Notes: generated by a model from the letters alone, not told the origin. A DNA stretch of 64,000 nt from a virus (IMGVR_UViG_3300047561_000814:32001-96000); one strand, 5' to 3'; counted from the first letter of the stretch, positions 48,706 to 58,403 are shown. Made by a program: numbers and translations.

Positions 48706-49141
48706 TTTTTGGGCTCTCCACTCCTACTAGTTTGAGTTCTTCAACTGTACCACATTGAGGGCACTTTTCCAAATCCTGTTCATCAAAGGCATCTCTGATA
48801 GTATTATCAGGGTCTTCAAATTCAGCACCACAGTTTTCACAGTAGAACCAGTTATGGCTAATCAAGACCTGAATAGTCGTATCAGGTGGACAAGGAACCT
48901 CAGTGACAAAGTATCCTATTCTATTTACAATGTGCCAGCCGTTCCAGATGTAGGAACCACCGTCGTCACCATCACCATACATCCAGATATAGGCAGGGTC
49001 TTGTTCTTTTACAAACTCAACCTCTTTATCGTAGGTCTCAAACATATGCCCATCAAAACTAGCATTCTCATCTAGATGATTCTTAATAGGCTTATAAGTG
49101 TCAAACCACTCATCTTCCGTCATCTCAATAAAGTTATCCAT
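48692..49141 (-). CDS. hypothetical protein with Zn ribbon
   Basis: GWHIVNRIGY; CENC...CPQC. Confidence 0.6.
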   Translation of the reverse strand: MDNFIEMTEDEWFDTYKPIKNHLDENASFDGHMFETYDKEVEFVKEQDPAYIWMYGDGDDGGSYIWNGWHIVNRIGYFVTEVPCPPDTTIQVLISHNWFYCENCGAEFEDPDNTIRDAFDEQDLEKCPQCGTVEELKLVGVESPKNANL

Positions 49142-49406
49142 TTTTCTTAGTCCTATCACTAATAGCAAATGCTAACTCATATGTTAATTGATATACAACT
49201 GAATAGGCGTCTAGCATGCCTTCCCAATATTTACGTTCCATTGAATCCATTGCTTCTTCTGATTCATCTTCAGCCTCTTGGGCAAGAGTTAGTTGCTCCT
49301 CTGCTTCTAGCATGAAGTTCTTTAGTTCACCATGAAGAATATCAGTACCTGATTCTCCTAGGTCTATTAGTTTCTGTAGTCGTGGTGCTAGGGTCATGTT
49401 ATTCAT
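49134..49406 (-). CDS. small acidic hypothetical protein
   Basis: Coupled ORF. Confidence 0.5.
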   Translation of the reverse strand: MNNMTLAPRLQKLIDLGESGTDILHGELKNFMLEAEEQLTLAQEAEDESEEAMDSMERKYWEGMLDAYSVVYQLTYELAFAISDRTKKNG

Positions 49407-49544
49407 TCTTTAATCATACCCTCTGCCACTGACAAATAGTGACGGGACACATGAATGGCACCCTCAAGATAAGGAACAATGCTATCAGCACCATCCTCAT
49501 TCTCTAGGTCTTGTTCAAGGCTAATCGCATGAATCTTAATATAC

Positions 49545-49745
49545 TCAGTTAGAGTCTGTAGGTTCATCTTCATCCTCTTCTTCTTCGTCTTCTTCTTCAG
49601 GTTGTTCATCTACATCAATAGAATAAACTTCACTTGAATATCCGTAGTCTTCGTAGTGCCAGCCTTGTTCTTCGGCTTCTGCCTCGTTCTCTGCTTCTAC
49701 CTCGTAATTGTATTCTACAATCACCTTTACATCATACATTGGCAT
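49545..49745 (-). CDS. small acidic protein (DpnD/PcfM-like)
   Basis: AGGAG RBS; EVEAENEAEA; poly-acidic tail. Confidence 0.6.
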   Translation of the reverse strand: MPMYDVKVIVEYNYEVEAENEAEAEEQGWHYEDYGYSSEVYSIDVDEQPEEEDEEEEDEDEPTDSN

Positions 49746-50460
49746 TTTGTTCTCCTTTAGGTCTATATATTAATTATAGGGGTTGGTGTTGATTTTAACA
49801 AGTCCTGTAGGTGTGACCTTGCTCACATCTGTAATGATAGGGACAAAGGCATCTGACAACCCAATATTAACTAAATTAGGAGATCCACAAGAACACCAGC
49901 CTCGCCAGTCTCTGATATTTTTCAGGGTAGTAATCTCCATCAAGGCATCACAATCATTACATACATAATCATACTTAGTCCACATACTTAGTCTCCATAC
50001 ACTTATAAATATTTGTATCACTCATAGCATGAATCCACTCCATGAATTCTTCTTTAGCAAAGTCCTCAGCATCTTCATCTGCTACTTCCATGCCCATTTC
50101 TTTCCAGGAATCTAAATAAATATCTAACTCAAGAGTCACTCTAATACGATTCATTAGTCAAAGTACCCTTCTGCCCATAGACCTTGTAGGAAGTCTTGTG
50201 CCATAACTAAATAATTATGAATAGCGGGGTTTTGGTCTGCATCAAGCATGAAGTCAGCAGTTTTAACTCCATAAACCATGTTTTCTAAATCTTCCAGTGT
50301 ATAGCCTAACATTATCCTACCTCTATTCCTGCATACTTAGCAATAGTGTTTAGTGTAATATGGATATGGCAGTCACAATCAATACCGCCCATGTTTTCCT
50401 CAAACTCTAGGTGTGAGAAGTTATCATCATAGATTTCATTTATTAGGTCATTTATGGTGT

Positions 50461-50679
50461 TCAAGCATATTCCTTTTCATAGGCAGGAAGTGAGGTTACT
50501 ACCAATTCTAACATTTGTGCAGGGTATCTGTCAAGTACCCAATTAAGAGCCTCTCCAGCAGTTTTAAAATCAGAGGCGGTGCTACTGTATCCATACCCCT
50601 GGATAGTTGCTTCCCAGCAATCAATCCCACCAGGAGATACGGCATAGTTCATTTCATAGATTTCTACTTTTAGGGTCAT
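50461..50679 (-). CDS. hypothetical protein
   Basis: Leaderless start below a TTGACA-17-GATAAT promoter. Confidence 0.55.
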   Translation of the reverse strand: MTLKVEIYEMNYAVSPGGIDCWEATIQGYGYSSTASDFKTAGEALNWVLDRYPAQMLELVVTSLPAYEKEYA

Positions 50680-50799
50680 GTATTAATTATCCTACAAACT
50701 GGGAAAAATGTCAAGTATCCGTAATGAGAAAATGGGAAAAATATCATTTCAACGTAATAAGATTATAACAAAAATGTTATCAAACTCGGGGCCCCTTTG

Positions 50800-50873
50800 C
50801 GGCTCTGATGGGACTTGAACCCACGATCTCTACCGTGACAGGGTAGCGCATTAACCAACTATGCTACAGAACC
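50800..50873 (-). tRNA. tRNA-Asp(GTC)
   Basis: GGTTCTG/CAGAGCC, CTACC-CTGTCAC-GGTAG, GTTCAAG. Confidence 0.92.
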
Positions 50874-50880
50874 AAAATAG

Positions 50881-50909
50881 TGAGCAGTTTTAAATCATGC
50901 TCAGGATTT
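50881..50909 (-). ncRNA. repeated H-type pseudoknot element, copy 2
   Basis: AAATC-CT-GAGCA-T-GATTT-AAAAC-TGCTCA. Confidence 0.7.
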
Positions 50910-50914
50910 TTTTA

Positions 50915-51931
50915 CTAAACTAGTTGCAAAGTATTTTGCACAATAGTTAGCAAACGATTTTTCTCTGCATTGGTAGCAGGGTCAAATCCAGAAGCAGCAG
51001 CAAACATGCTTTCGCCATTTGCACTACGAGCAGAACGATACCAGTCTAAACGCTCAGTTAGCGCATTAAACGCACCCCAAGCATTACCACTAATCATTCC
51101 GTTAAATTCACCAGTGTAAATATCGTTAATCATATCTACCTTGTTTTCCCATTTCTTTACAGCACCCTTAGTATCTTTATCAGGCTTAGGGTAAGCAGCA
51201 AGAATAATGTTATTGAAATCTTGTGCGGAGATTTCTTTTGCTATCATGGCATGAGCCATCTTATCAAATTCGTCCATGTAAGAATTAGCCATGCCTAGTG
51301 CCTGACGAGCAACAGCAATTTTGCCCTCAGCGGTTTGGGTATGACGGATTTTGAAAGATTGCTTAACGCCATCTTTCTTGCGTGTGCGGTTAAGTGCAAC
51401 ATTAAGAGTATTAGCACACACAACACGAACTGGTGTTATGCTTGCTTGAATAGCGATTGAACCATCATGTGATGTGTTGATGAGTAAATAAGTCTTTACA
51501 ACATCAGCAACGCCATTAGGGTCTAATACGGTTTCACGCTCTAATGCAAGAGAGCCAAATACCACACGCCCACCACTAATTGAACCAGCGGTTTCCCAAC
51601 GCCCACCACCATCAAGAATGTTATCGCCAAAGGCAAATAAATCCTCATTTTGTAGTGGAACATAACGCTGACCAACAATTCCCAAAACATCAGTTTGAGA
51701 TTTATCAGTAGGGTTAGTGCGAACAACATATTGATATTGTTTATCAGATACTAGGGTAGTGGGGATTTCTAAATCCTCTAGTCTAACATTCCAATTATTA
51801 AGATTAGCAGCAACAAGCATTTCACTTGTATTTTTTTCAGTATCAAATACTGTGCCTAGATTATGCCAAGCAGGTTCTCTAAATGAAGCAAAACTTGCTA
51901 CGCCATTTTGAGTTTCTAAATCATGAGCCAT
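50915..51931 (-). CDS. DUF932-family phage protein
   Basis: AWH.LG, ETAG...GG, SHDG, RVVC.NT, W..FNA..E. Confidence 0.9.
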   Translation of the reverse strand: MAHDLETQNGVASFASFREPAWHNLGTVFDTEKNTSEMLVAANLNNWNVRLEDLEIPTTLVSDKQYQYVVRTNPTDKSQTDVLGIVGQRYVPLQNEDLFAFGDNILDGGGRWETAGSISGGRVVFGSLALERETVLDPNGVADVVKTYLLINTSHDGSIAIQASITPVRVVCANTLNVALNRTRKKDGVKQSFKIRHTQTAEGKIAVARQALGMANSYMDEFDKMAHAMIAKEISAQDFNNIILAAYPKPDKDTKGAVKKWENKVDMINDIYTGEFNGMISGNAWGAFNALTERLDWYRSARSANGESMFAAASGFDPATNAEKNRLLTIVQNTLQLV

Positions 51932-51957
51932 TTTTATCCTTTCGGTTGTTTTAACTA

Positions 51958-51986
51958 AGTCTAGCAGTCATGACTGACAATGTCAA
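51958..51986 (-). promoter_or_regulatory. sigma70 promoter with TGTCAG spacer motif
   Basis: TTGACA-TTGTCAGTCATGACTGC-TAGACT. Confidence 0.8.
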
Positions 51987-52070
51987 CTAGGACTGGGGAA
52001 AATGGTTTAATCTTCTTAAATGGTATAAATCGGACATTTGGGGCCCCCCGAGTTTTTCTGCAGAAATATA

Positions 52071-52098
52071 GAGCCTTTTTAAATCATGCTCAGGATCT
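52071..52098 (-). ncRNA. repeated H-type pseudoknot element, copy 3
   Basis: AGATC-CT-GAGCA-T-GATTT-AAAAA-GGCTC. Confidence 0.65.
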
Positions 52099-52156
52099 TT
52101 GGCCCCTTATTTATACTGGCTGTACCGTCGCCAGTTTTGATAGCCCCCTATCAAAT

Positions 52157-52636
52157 TTAGTAGTGGTCCTCTAATGAAACTTCGTCCACAGTTAAGTCTG
52201 CGTCGTAGTCATATGAATTAAGTTCTGCTTCAATTGAAACATTGCTTAAATCAAAGTCAGCAATTTCTGACATTGGGACGCTGATTGTTCCGCTGAATGA
52301 AACTGTACCTTGTACTTCAATTTCCTTGACTGGATTAACACCAAAGAGTTCACATAGCGCTACAAGAACTTCTTCTTTAGAATAGTTAGGGTCATACCAT
52401 TCTACGATATTGTCTTCAAGTTGACTTACTGTTCCCTGCAGGCTACGCAATAAATCTTCTTTAGCACGTGCACTATGAAGGTCCCATTCAAGTTCTGTTA
52501 CCTTGGATGTTAAATATGTTGGCTCTTCAGGAGCAGCATATGTTCCCGCAATAGCCTTGTACGTTACAAGAAGATTTGGGTTGTACGGTACTTCTAGTTT
52601 ATCAATTGTTACTGCATCGCTGATATTGGTTGACAT
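52157..52636 (-). CDS. acidic hypothetical protein
   Basis: GAGG RBS before MSTNI. Confidence 0.6.
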   Translation of the reverse strand: MSTNISDAVTIDKLEVPYNPNLLVTYKAIAGTYAAPEEPTYLTSKVTELEWDLHSARAKEDLLRSLQGTVSQLEDNIVEWYDPNYSKEEVLVALCELFGVNPVKEIEVQGTVSFSGTISVPMSEIADFDLSNVSIEAELNSYDYDADLTVDEVSLEDHY

Positions 52637-52793
52637 TGTGGGGCCTCTTCCTTGTTGTTTGGTTATTAATCTAATCATAGCAGCGGTCACTGACAAATGC
52701 AAGTTGTAAGCCTAGGGTTCTTAATTAGTCTCACATAATGAGATGTGATTTAGATCACGTTGCCTCGGGGGATTTTTGCAGGGCAATTAAAAA

Positions 52794-52821
52794 TAAGCCT
52801 TTTTGATTCATGCTTAGGAAT
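52794..52821 (-). ncRNA. repeated H-type pseudoknot element, copy 4
   Basis: ATTC-CT-AAGCA-T-GAAT-CAAAAA-GGCTTA. Confidence 0.65.
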
Positions 52822-52891
52822 TTACACCTCTTACAGTTAGTGCGAACTGTGCTCTATAGTATTTCTATGATCGCCCTAATCAGCCTGGCGA

Positions 52892-52919
52892 AAGCAGTTT
52901 GAAATCATGCTCAGGATTT
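52892..52919 (-). ncRNA. repeated H-type pseudoknot element, copy 5
   Basis: AAATC-CT-GAGCA-T-GATTT-CAAAC-TGCTT. Confidence 0.65.
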
Positions 52920-52923
52920 TTTA

Positions 52924-53094
52924 TTATTTAGTTGTGCTTACCATAGCAAGACGACGAGAGCCGTTTGCTAGTTGTAATGAAACCCTAGTAAGTTTAGAAT
53001 TAAGTGGTGAGAACTTTACAATTCTACCTGTAATTCCAGTTTTGCTAGTGGTGAATAAATCACCTAGTTGATATGTGTATCCGCCTAGTGTCAT
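52924..53094 (-). CDS. 56-aa SH3/KOW-like protein (not in ORF track)
   Basis: AAGGA RBS; YQLGDLFTTSKTGITGRI; paralog of 53708. Confidence 0.65.
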   Translation of the reverse strand: MTLGGYTYQLGDLFTTSKTGITGRIVKFSPLNSKLTRVSLQLANGSRRLAMVSTTK

Positions 53095-53188
53095 GATTTT
53101 CCTTTTCTGTTTGGGTGGTTTGCTTACTTACTTAGTCTAACATTTTTTAGGGGGGAAGTCAATTACCCTTCCCCACCTAATTATCTAA

Positions 53189-53611
53189 TTAAAGATAACG
53201 AGCAATAGCGTTATAGGTGCTAGTGCTAACTGTTTCCTCGTCTGTCATTTTAAGGATACGGATAGCGTTTTCCATTTCCTCTTTTTGCTCACGATAAGTG
53301 TGCTGATGTAGTTGCTCAAAATTACGCTCAGGCTCTTTAGGGAACTCGCCTTCCTTAACTGTAATATCAAAATCAACATTAAGGTTTTGGCTGTATGAGC
53401 GATAGTTGGTGCGTAGGTTTTCTGCCTTAGCAACATTAGCGATAGCAAAAACAAATAATTCTTTTTTCCAAGCCTCTATTGCGGTTTGGAACTTTGCTTC
53501 GTTTTCGTCTTGCTTTTTATAGTTAGCCTCTAACTCTGCTAATCTATTTGTTAAGGCTGTAATAACCTTAGCAGTAGCGATTTTTACGCTGATGGGTTTG
53601 CTTCTTGCCAT
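53189..53611 (-). CDS. hypothetical helical protein
   Basis: AAGGA RBS, 140 aa. Confidence 0.65.
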   Translation of the reverse strand: MARSKPISVKIATAKVITALTNRLAELEANYKKQDENEAKFQTAIEAWKKELFVFAIANVAKAENLRTNYRSYSQNLNVDFDITVKEGEFPKEPERNFEQLHQHTYREQKEEMENAIRILKMTDEETVSTSTYNAIARYL

Positions 53612-53658
53612 TTGTTTTGGTTTCCTTTTCGTTTGGTGTAGTTGATGGGGGTTTGAGT

Positions 53659-53688
53659 TGAGCAGTTTTAGTTGTCATGCTCAGGACA
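53659..53688 (-). ncRNA. repeated H-type pseudoknot element, copy 6
   Basis: TGTC-CT-GAGCA-T-GACA-ACTAAAAC-TGCTCA. Confidence 0.7.
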
Positions 53689-53707
53689 TTTAGCCACTAG
53701 GCTAAGA

Positions 53708-53875
53708 CTATGACTTTGCTGTCCAAGTTGTCCAGCGAGTTGCGCCATTAACCTCTAACTTAACACGAACATTACCATTTGCTTGTGGCACGATTTCTGT
53801 AATTGTTCCAGTTGCCTTTGACTTTTGGCTTGTGTAGGTATCTCCTACTTTGTAGATTGCGTTTGCTACTGACAT
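53708..53875 (-). CDS. 55-aa SH3/KOW-like protein (not in ORF track)
   Basis: AGGAG RBS; YKVGDTYTSQKSKATGTI. Confidence 0.65.
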   Translation of the reverse strand: MSVANAIYKVGDTYTSQKSKATGTITEIVPQANGNVRVKLEVNGATRWTTWTAKS

Positions 53876-54096
53876 GGTTCTCCTTTGGTTGTTTTTGCTT
53901 ACTGTATAAGTCTAACATTTTTTGGCTAAAAATACAAATCGTATTTCTAATAATCTCATATTTTGAGATGTGATATCTGTGATGTATATCACACCACGAT
54001 ACCGAAACGGACAAAACGGACATTACTTATGCCCAAGACCTGCGAATAAGACCATGACAAATAAGATAGTTAGAATTGTTAATTCCAAGATTACCC

Positions 54097-54825
54097 CTAT
54101 TTTTTAGATGATGAAAAAACTATGTCGCTCTTAGAGTATACACACAATCCGCAAGAAACGCAAGCAGAGCCAGCGCTTGATATAAGTGGAATGGCTTTTA
54201 AGTTTTCAGGACACTTAGCGCCAGGTTTATTAAATAACTCTTTCATATCTGCTTGACCTATTGCAAAATTCTTTGCAAGGTATGCAAGGCGTATGCCATG
54301 ATCTTTTTTAAGACTAACGCCTATCTCTTTATTCTCGCTGTCTGTAGAATAGTATAAAGATAGATTAGGAATATTCTTAAGCATTAGTGCTGCAGACTGT
54401 ACTCTAGTGTATACCCAAAACTTTATATCTGTATTGTTAAGGATGATATATTGCCATGCTCTAGTGTACTTATCATTAAAGAAGTCACCGTCCCAGTGAA
54501 TGCGAAATAGCAATGGCGCATTTTTCTTTTCACAATCTTTTTTAAAATCAGCAATCATGTTTTCTAATAAATCAACCATGGTAGGTTCATCTGCGTCTTT
54601 CAATAACTCCCAATTGTGTAGGAGGTTAGTCTTTACTCCTTTGAATAACTTTTCAAGTTTTCCCGCGTAGCAAACACTTTCACAAATATTAGTGGCACCA
54701 GGGCATGAGTAAGCCTTTCCAGCAGGGAGGCCGAATGTGTTCGCAATTGCGGCTTGCTTTCCATTTTTTGTAACAAGATTAGCAACCTTTCTATCATGTG
54801 ATCTTTTTAGTTGTGGTGTTGTCAT
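54097..54825 (-). CDS. gp88-like protein (radical-SAM-like Cys motif)
   Basis: CPGA...C...CYA, FRIHW.GDF, YTR, terminal C..C..C. Confidence 0.75.
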   Translation of the reverse strand: MTTPQLKRSHDRKVANLVTKNGKQAAIANTFGLPAGKAYSCPGATNICESVCYAGKLEKLFKGVKTNLLHNWELLKDADEPTMVDLLENMIADFKKDCEKKNAPLLFRIHWDGDFFNDKYTRAWQYIILNNTDIKFWVYTRVQSAALMLKNIPNLSLYYSTDSENKEIGVSLKKDHGIRLAYLAKNFAIGQADMKELFNKPGAKCPENLKAIPLISSAGSACVSCGLCVYSKSDIVFSSSKK

Positions 54826-54906
54826 ATGAAAATTCTAGCAGAATATGGGAAAAATATCAAGTCGCCTTAATTGGTACAAATCGGACAAATCGCCCTCGGG
54901 CGCCTC

Positions 54907-55158
54907 TTAGAGCAACATCATTAAATCAAATTGGTCGTATTCACCAACTTGAATTATTTCACTTTCACCAAAATCATTGACAACTTCTAAAGTGTATCCG
55001 TCAGGTAGTGAAATTATATCTGCAATAGACACAACCTCATCGTCAATTAAAATACAATCATCAACCATTAACTGTCCTGCAGTTAAGATATCAACTTTTA
55101 CGTAGTCCACAATCTGAATAGTATCATCATTTTCTAGATCAATCACATTACTCCTCAA
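54907..55158 (-). CDS. small acidic hypothetical protein
   Basis: ORF in the small-gene array. Confidence 0.5.
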   Translation of the reverse strand: MRSNVIDLENDDTIQIVDYVKVDILTAGQLMVDDCILIDDEVVSIADIISLPDGYTLEVVNDFGESEIIQVGEYDQFDLMMLL

Positions 55159-55229
55159 TTTCTGCTAGTGTTTCCCATAGAATAGGTTCTAGTATTAGTG
55201 CAACTGCGTCTAACTTATCTTGCAAGTCC

Positions 55230-55514
55230 TTACTCATCTACTGGCTCAATAAACCAATGCAGGTGGTGTCCATCAACAATGAATTTTGCTGGTGCTTCTG
55301 ACTGACCACGCCAAGTAATCTGAAAGTCATTTACTTTTGGCAAGGTAATCATACGGTCATAGTCCTCATCATAGTAAGCGTCAATAGCCTCAATACAAGG
55401 TTGCACCATTTCAGAAGGCACTGGTGGATAATGATTACCACGCAAGTGATATAGAATCTGAGTTTCTAAATCTAATACTGAATCCTTGATACCTAGTGCT
55501 GTTACGGAACCCAT
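55230..55514 (-). CDS. hypothetical protein
   Basis: HL..NHYPPVP motif. Confidence 0.6.
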   Translation of the reverse strand: MGSVTALGIKDSVLDLETQILYHLRGNHYPPVPSEMVQPCIEAIDAYYDEDYDRMITLPKVNDFQITWRGQSEAPAKFIVDGHHLHWFIEPVDE

Positions 55515-55515
55515 A

Positions 55516-55725
55516 TTATTTCACACTCACATTTCCGTTGCGATAGAAGGTCTTAGTATACATCTTACCCGTAGGGTCTGACAAGTTGTAGGTTGCGTAT
55601 TCTTTAGCGTCGCCAAAGTCCACACACTTAGTCCAAGCATTGACTGCCTCTAGCATATCGCTAACTCGCAGGGTATGAATTAACTCTCCATCATATGAAG
55701 TAGTAAGTGAATAAGTATATTCCAT
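55516..55725 (-). CDS. hypothetical protein
   Basis: AGGAG RBS. Confidence 0.6.
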   Translation of the reverse strand: MEYTYSLTTSYDGELIHTLRVSDMLEAVNAWTKCVDFGDAKEYATYNLSDPTGKMYTKTFYRNGNVSVK

Positions 55726-56195
55726 TATGCGTTCTCCTTAGTAGAAAATAAAGCGTGGGCAGTAAATAATTCATCAGCAGGGATATTGTAAGGATTACAC
55801 TCACACGCCCATACATCGTAGTCTATCTCATTACCTGCAAATTGCCAACCTTGTCCGTAGCACATGTCGCAAGCAAGTATTTCCATTATGGCATTTTTAA
55901 CTTTTCCCATTAGCAATACCAATCCTCTCCTAAAGCCTTTTCAGCACACCAATCAGTATAGTGCTTATCGCACATAGTTTCAACATTAGAGTTAATCATG
56001 TTGATATTATTTTTTGTAGCGTAACAAATATTACACATAGTTTTCCTTTCGTTATATCTTTATCCTATCAGACTGGACTGACAAAATCCAATTAGACACG
56101 AAGAATCTGGACAATCTGGAGTGTGATCTTAACCACATAATGGCCCTGTGGATAACCCTGTGGAAAACGCCCCGAGGATTTTAGAACAAATGTTC

Positions 56196-56222
56196 GGACA
56201 GTTTTAGATCGTGTCCAGGATT
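56196..56222 (-). ncRNA. repeated H-type pseudoknot element, copy 7
   Basis: ATC-CT-GGACA-C-GAT-CTAAAAC-TGTCC; compensatory stem 2. Confidence 0.7.
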
Positions 56223-56363
56223 TTTATTTATACTTTTAGCGCTTTACGCAATTCATTTCGCAATCTGCGAATTTCTTTATCTTGTGCAACATTTTGTTTA
56301 TAAAACAAAAACATTACCAACATTGAACCGCTTAGCGCAATTATTACAGCAAGCAAATCTAAA

Positions 56364-56555
56364 TTAGTTAACATTTACAAATCCAATCTCGTCAATACCG
56401 CAAGCCTTTTCAAATCTTGCGAAATCAAAGTTTTCGTTATCTGCTTTGAACCAATCAGCAAAAGTATCTACCAAATCCTCATAAATAGTTTGCGGAATAT
56501 CTTGTGCAAAACTTTTAAGAATATTTGCGGTTTGTATGTAGTCTTTTCTAGTCAT
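56364..56555 (-). CDS. conserved small phage protein
   Basis: MTRKDY..A...DN..FD..RF..AC. Confidence 0.7.
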   Translation of the reverse strand: MTRKDYIQTANILKSFAQDIPQTIYEDLVDTFADWFKADNENFDFARFEKACGIDEIGFVNVN

Positions 56556-56703
56556 TAGTTAGCCTCTCCGCTAGTAAATAAATCGCCTAATGCAAAATCG
56601 CTACAATTACATTTTTCTACATCATAGTCAAGGTCGTTGCCCCAAAAGACAAGACCAACACCATTACACTCATCACAAGGAAAAGACATTACAGAATTTA
56701 TCA

Positions 56704-56889
56704 TTATACTAACGCCTTTCCTCTAAGTGTGCCACTAACCCCAAGCATATCGCAAGATAATTTAACAGATACGCCAACAGGTAATTGGTTTGGATAAGTG
56801 CTTATGAATTGAGCAACCGCACCCTTAGAAGGTAGGTTGATTTTTTTTACAGACCCATTATAGGTTTCTAGTTTTACAGTATAAGTCAT
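56704..56889 (-). CDS. hypothetical protein
   Basis: AGGTGG RBS. Confidence 0.55.
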   Translation of the reverse strand: MTYTVKLETYNGSVKKINLPSKGAVAQFISTYPNQLPVGVSVKLSCDMLGVSGTLRGKALV

Positions 56890-57231
56890 TTCTGACCACC
56901 TTTCGTTTGTTTGTTTATATGGTAAGTTTAGCAGGTTTGGCAGACATTATCAAATTCAAATTCGGACATTTAGGACATTGGGGGTGTGAGATACCTCACA
57001 ACGCCCCTTCGTTAAATAAGCCTATTTCTAACTCTAGGAGAGTTTCAGGCGGTATATCTGAAAGATCAAGCCACCCCGCACCCTCAGAATTCATGGTGAA
57101 AATTTCTACATAACCCATTATTTAGCCACCTTCCAATTTAGCACGATACAACTATCGCACATAGCAGGGATACCACGCTTAGAAGCATAAGCGGTATTTG
57201 TATAGCAAAACTCACAAAGTTTTTTTATCAT

Positions 57232-57435
57232 TTACTCACCTACCTTCACCGCAATTGTTGCGTATTTATTTTTTATGCTAGGAGTATTTATAGCAATTAA
57301 ATATGCTTGAGTATTTTCTCCATACCAAACATCAGATTTTTCGGCAGAGATAATCTCACCTGAAAAAAATCTTGAGTTAGAGCGATAGGTTTTACCAATT
57401 AGTAAATCCTCTATTGTGTATAGTTTAGTAGCCAT
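57232..57435 (-). CDS. hypothetical protein
   Basis: AGGTG RBS before MATKL. Confidence 0.55.
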   Translation of the reverse strand: MATKLYTIEDLLIGKTYRSNSRFFSGEIISAEKSDVWYGENTQAYLIAINTPSIKNKYATIAVKVGE

Positions 57436-57756
57436 TAGTGGCACCTTCTTTCTTGTTATTTTCTTACTAGGTAAGTCTACCAAAATTATCAGACATTTAC
57501 AACCTACTAGCCAGTAATCTTAAATAGTGAGACGCTCAGCGGTGTGATATGCCCCACAAAATTTCTGTGATCTTAAACACATTGTCCTTAAAGCGACACG
57601 CCGTCTGCGCCGAGTCAACTCGGGTTTTTTATTTCAATTTATCTTTATGTTTTATTTTTCTTGAATACTTTTTTTTATTTGGAATTGGTGTCGCAGCATT
57701 ACTACGACGCAATTCTTGAATACGAATTATTTTATTTTTTATTTCTTTTAACATTT

Positions 57757-57948
57757 TTATTCCCCTCTACTTTCTGCATCTGCTTCCCAATCAGAAAGCC
57801 AAACACGATAAGCAATTGGGTCGCAGTTAAATAAAATTTCACTAGCAGTAAATGTTAAATAACCAATCTTTGTGTCTGGATAACACTCGTCAAGCATTTG
57901 ATCAAATTCTTCTTTGATTTCTAATTCTTTTTCAAATTCTGATTTCAT
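57757..57948 (-). CDS. conserved small phage protein
   Basis: F..MLDE.Y...S..L...DP.AY. Confidence 0.6.
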   Translation of the reverse strand: MKSEFEKELEIKEEFDQMLDECYPDTKIGYLTFTASEILFNCDPIAYRVWLSDWEADAESRGE

Positions 57949-58148
57949 TTATTTACTCCCAACAATTTGAGCAAGTAATTATATCTTGCTCATCAAATAA
58001 ATCGCTAGAAACTTTGTTATCGCATAAGCGACAATTAAGAGTTATCATTTATATTCTCCTTTTAAGATAAGTTCATCTAGCATTTTTGCTAGAGGGTCTT
58101 GATTTTCATCAAGGTAGTTATTTAATTCTAACTGTTTAACAAAGTCTA

Positions 58149-58331
58149 TCATTTAGACACTTTCCAATCTGACCACATAGATAGTCTTTCTGGGTCAGTA
58201 TCGTTATACCAACGCTCAATATTATTTTCGCAAATTTCACAAAAAGTGAATTGCTCATCATTAACGTCTGAGATAGCAGACTTATTTGGAACGTGTGATT
58301 TACACACTTGGATTATTACATTTGAATTCAT
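58149..58331 (-). CDS. small Zn-binding protein, first gene of the leftward unit
   Basis: AAGGA RBS; C..H, CEIC. Confidence 0.6.
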   Translation of the reverse strand: MNSNVIIQVCKSHVPNKSAISDVNDEQFTFCEICENNIERWYNDTDPERLSMWSDWKVSK

Positions 58332-58381
58332 TTGAATTCCTTTCTAGTTTGAGAACCTTTCTCAACTTTCTTTATACTAGA

Positions 58382-58403
58382 AGTATAGCAGGGGGGTCTG
58401 ACA
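58382..58403 (-). promoter_or_regulatory. leftward promoter TGTCAG-N7-TGC-TATACT
   Basis: One of seven identically spaced copies. Confidence 0.75.

Noticed and set aside
52840-52890. CTGATTAG...GAAA on the minus strand as a hammerhead ribozyme
   Set aside because: Core is CUGAUUA rather than CUGANGA and the required stems cannot be built
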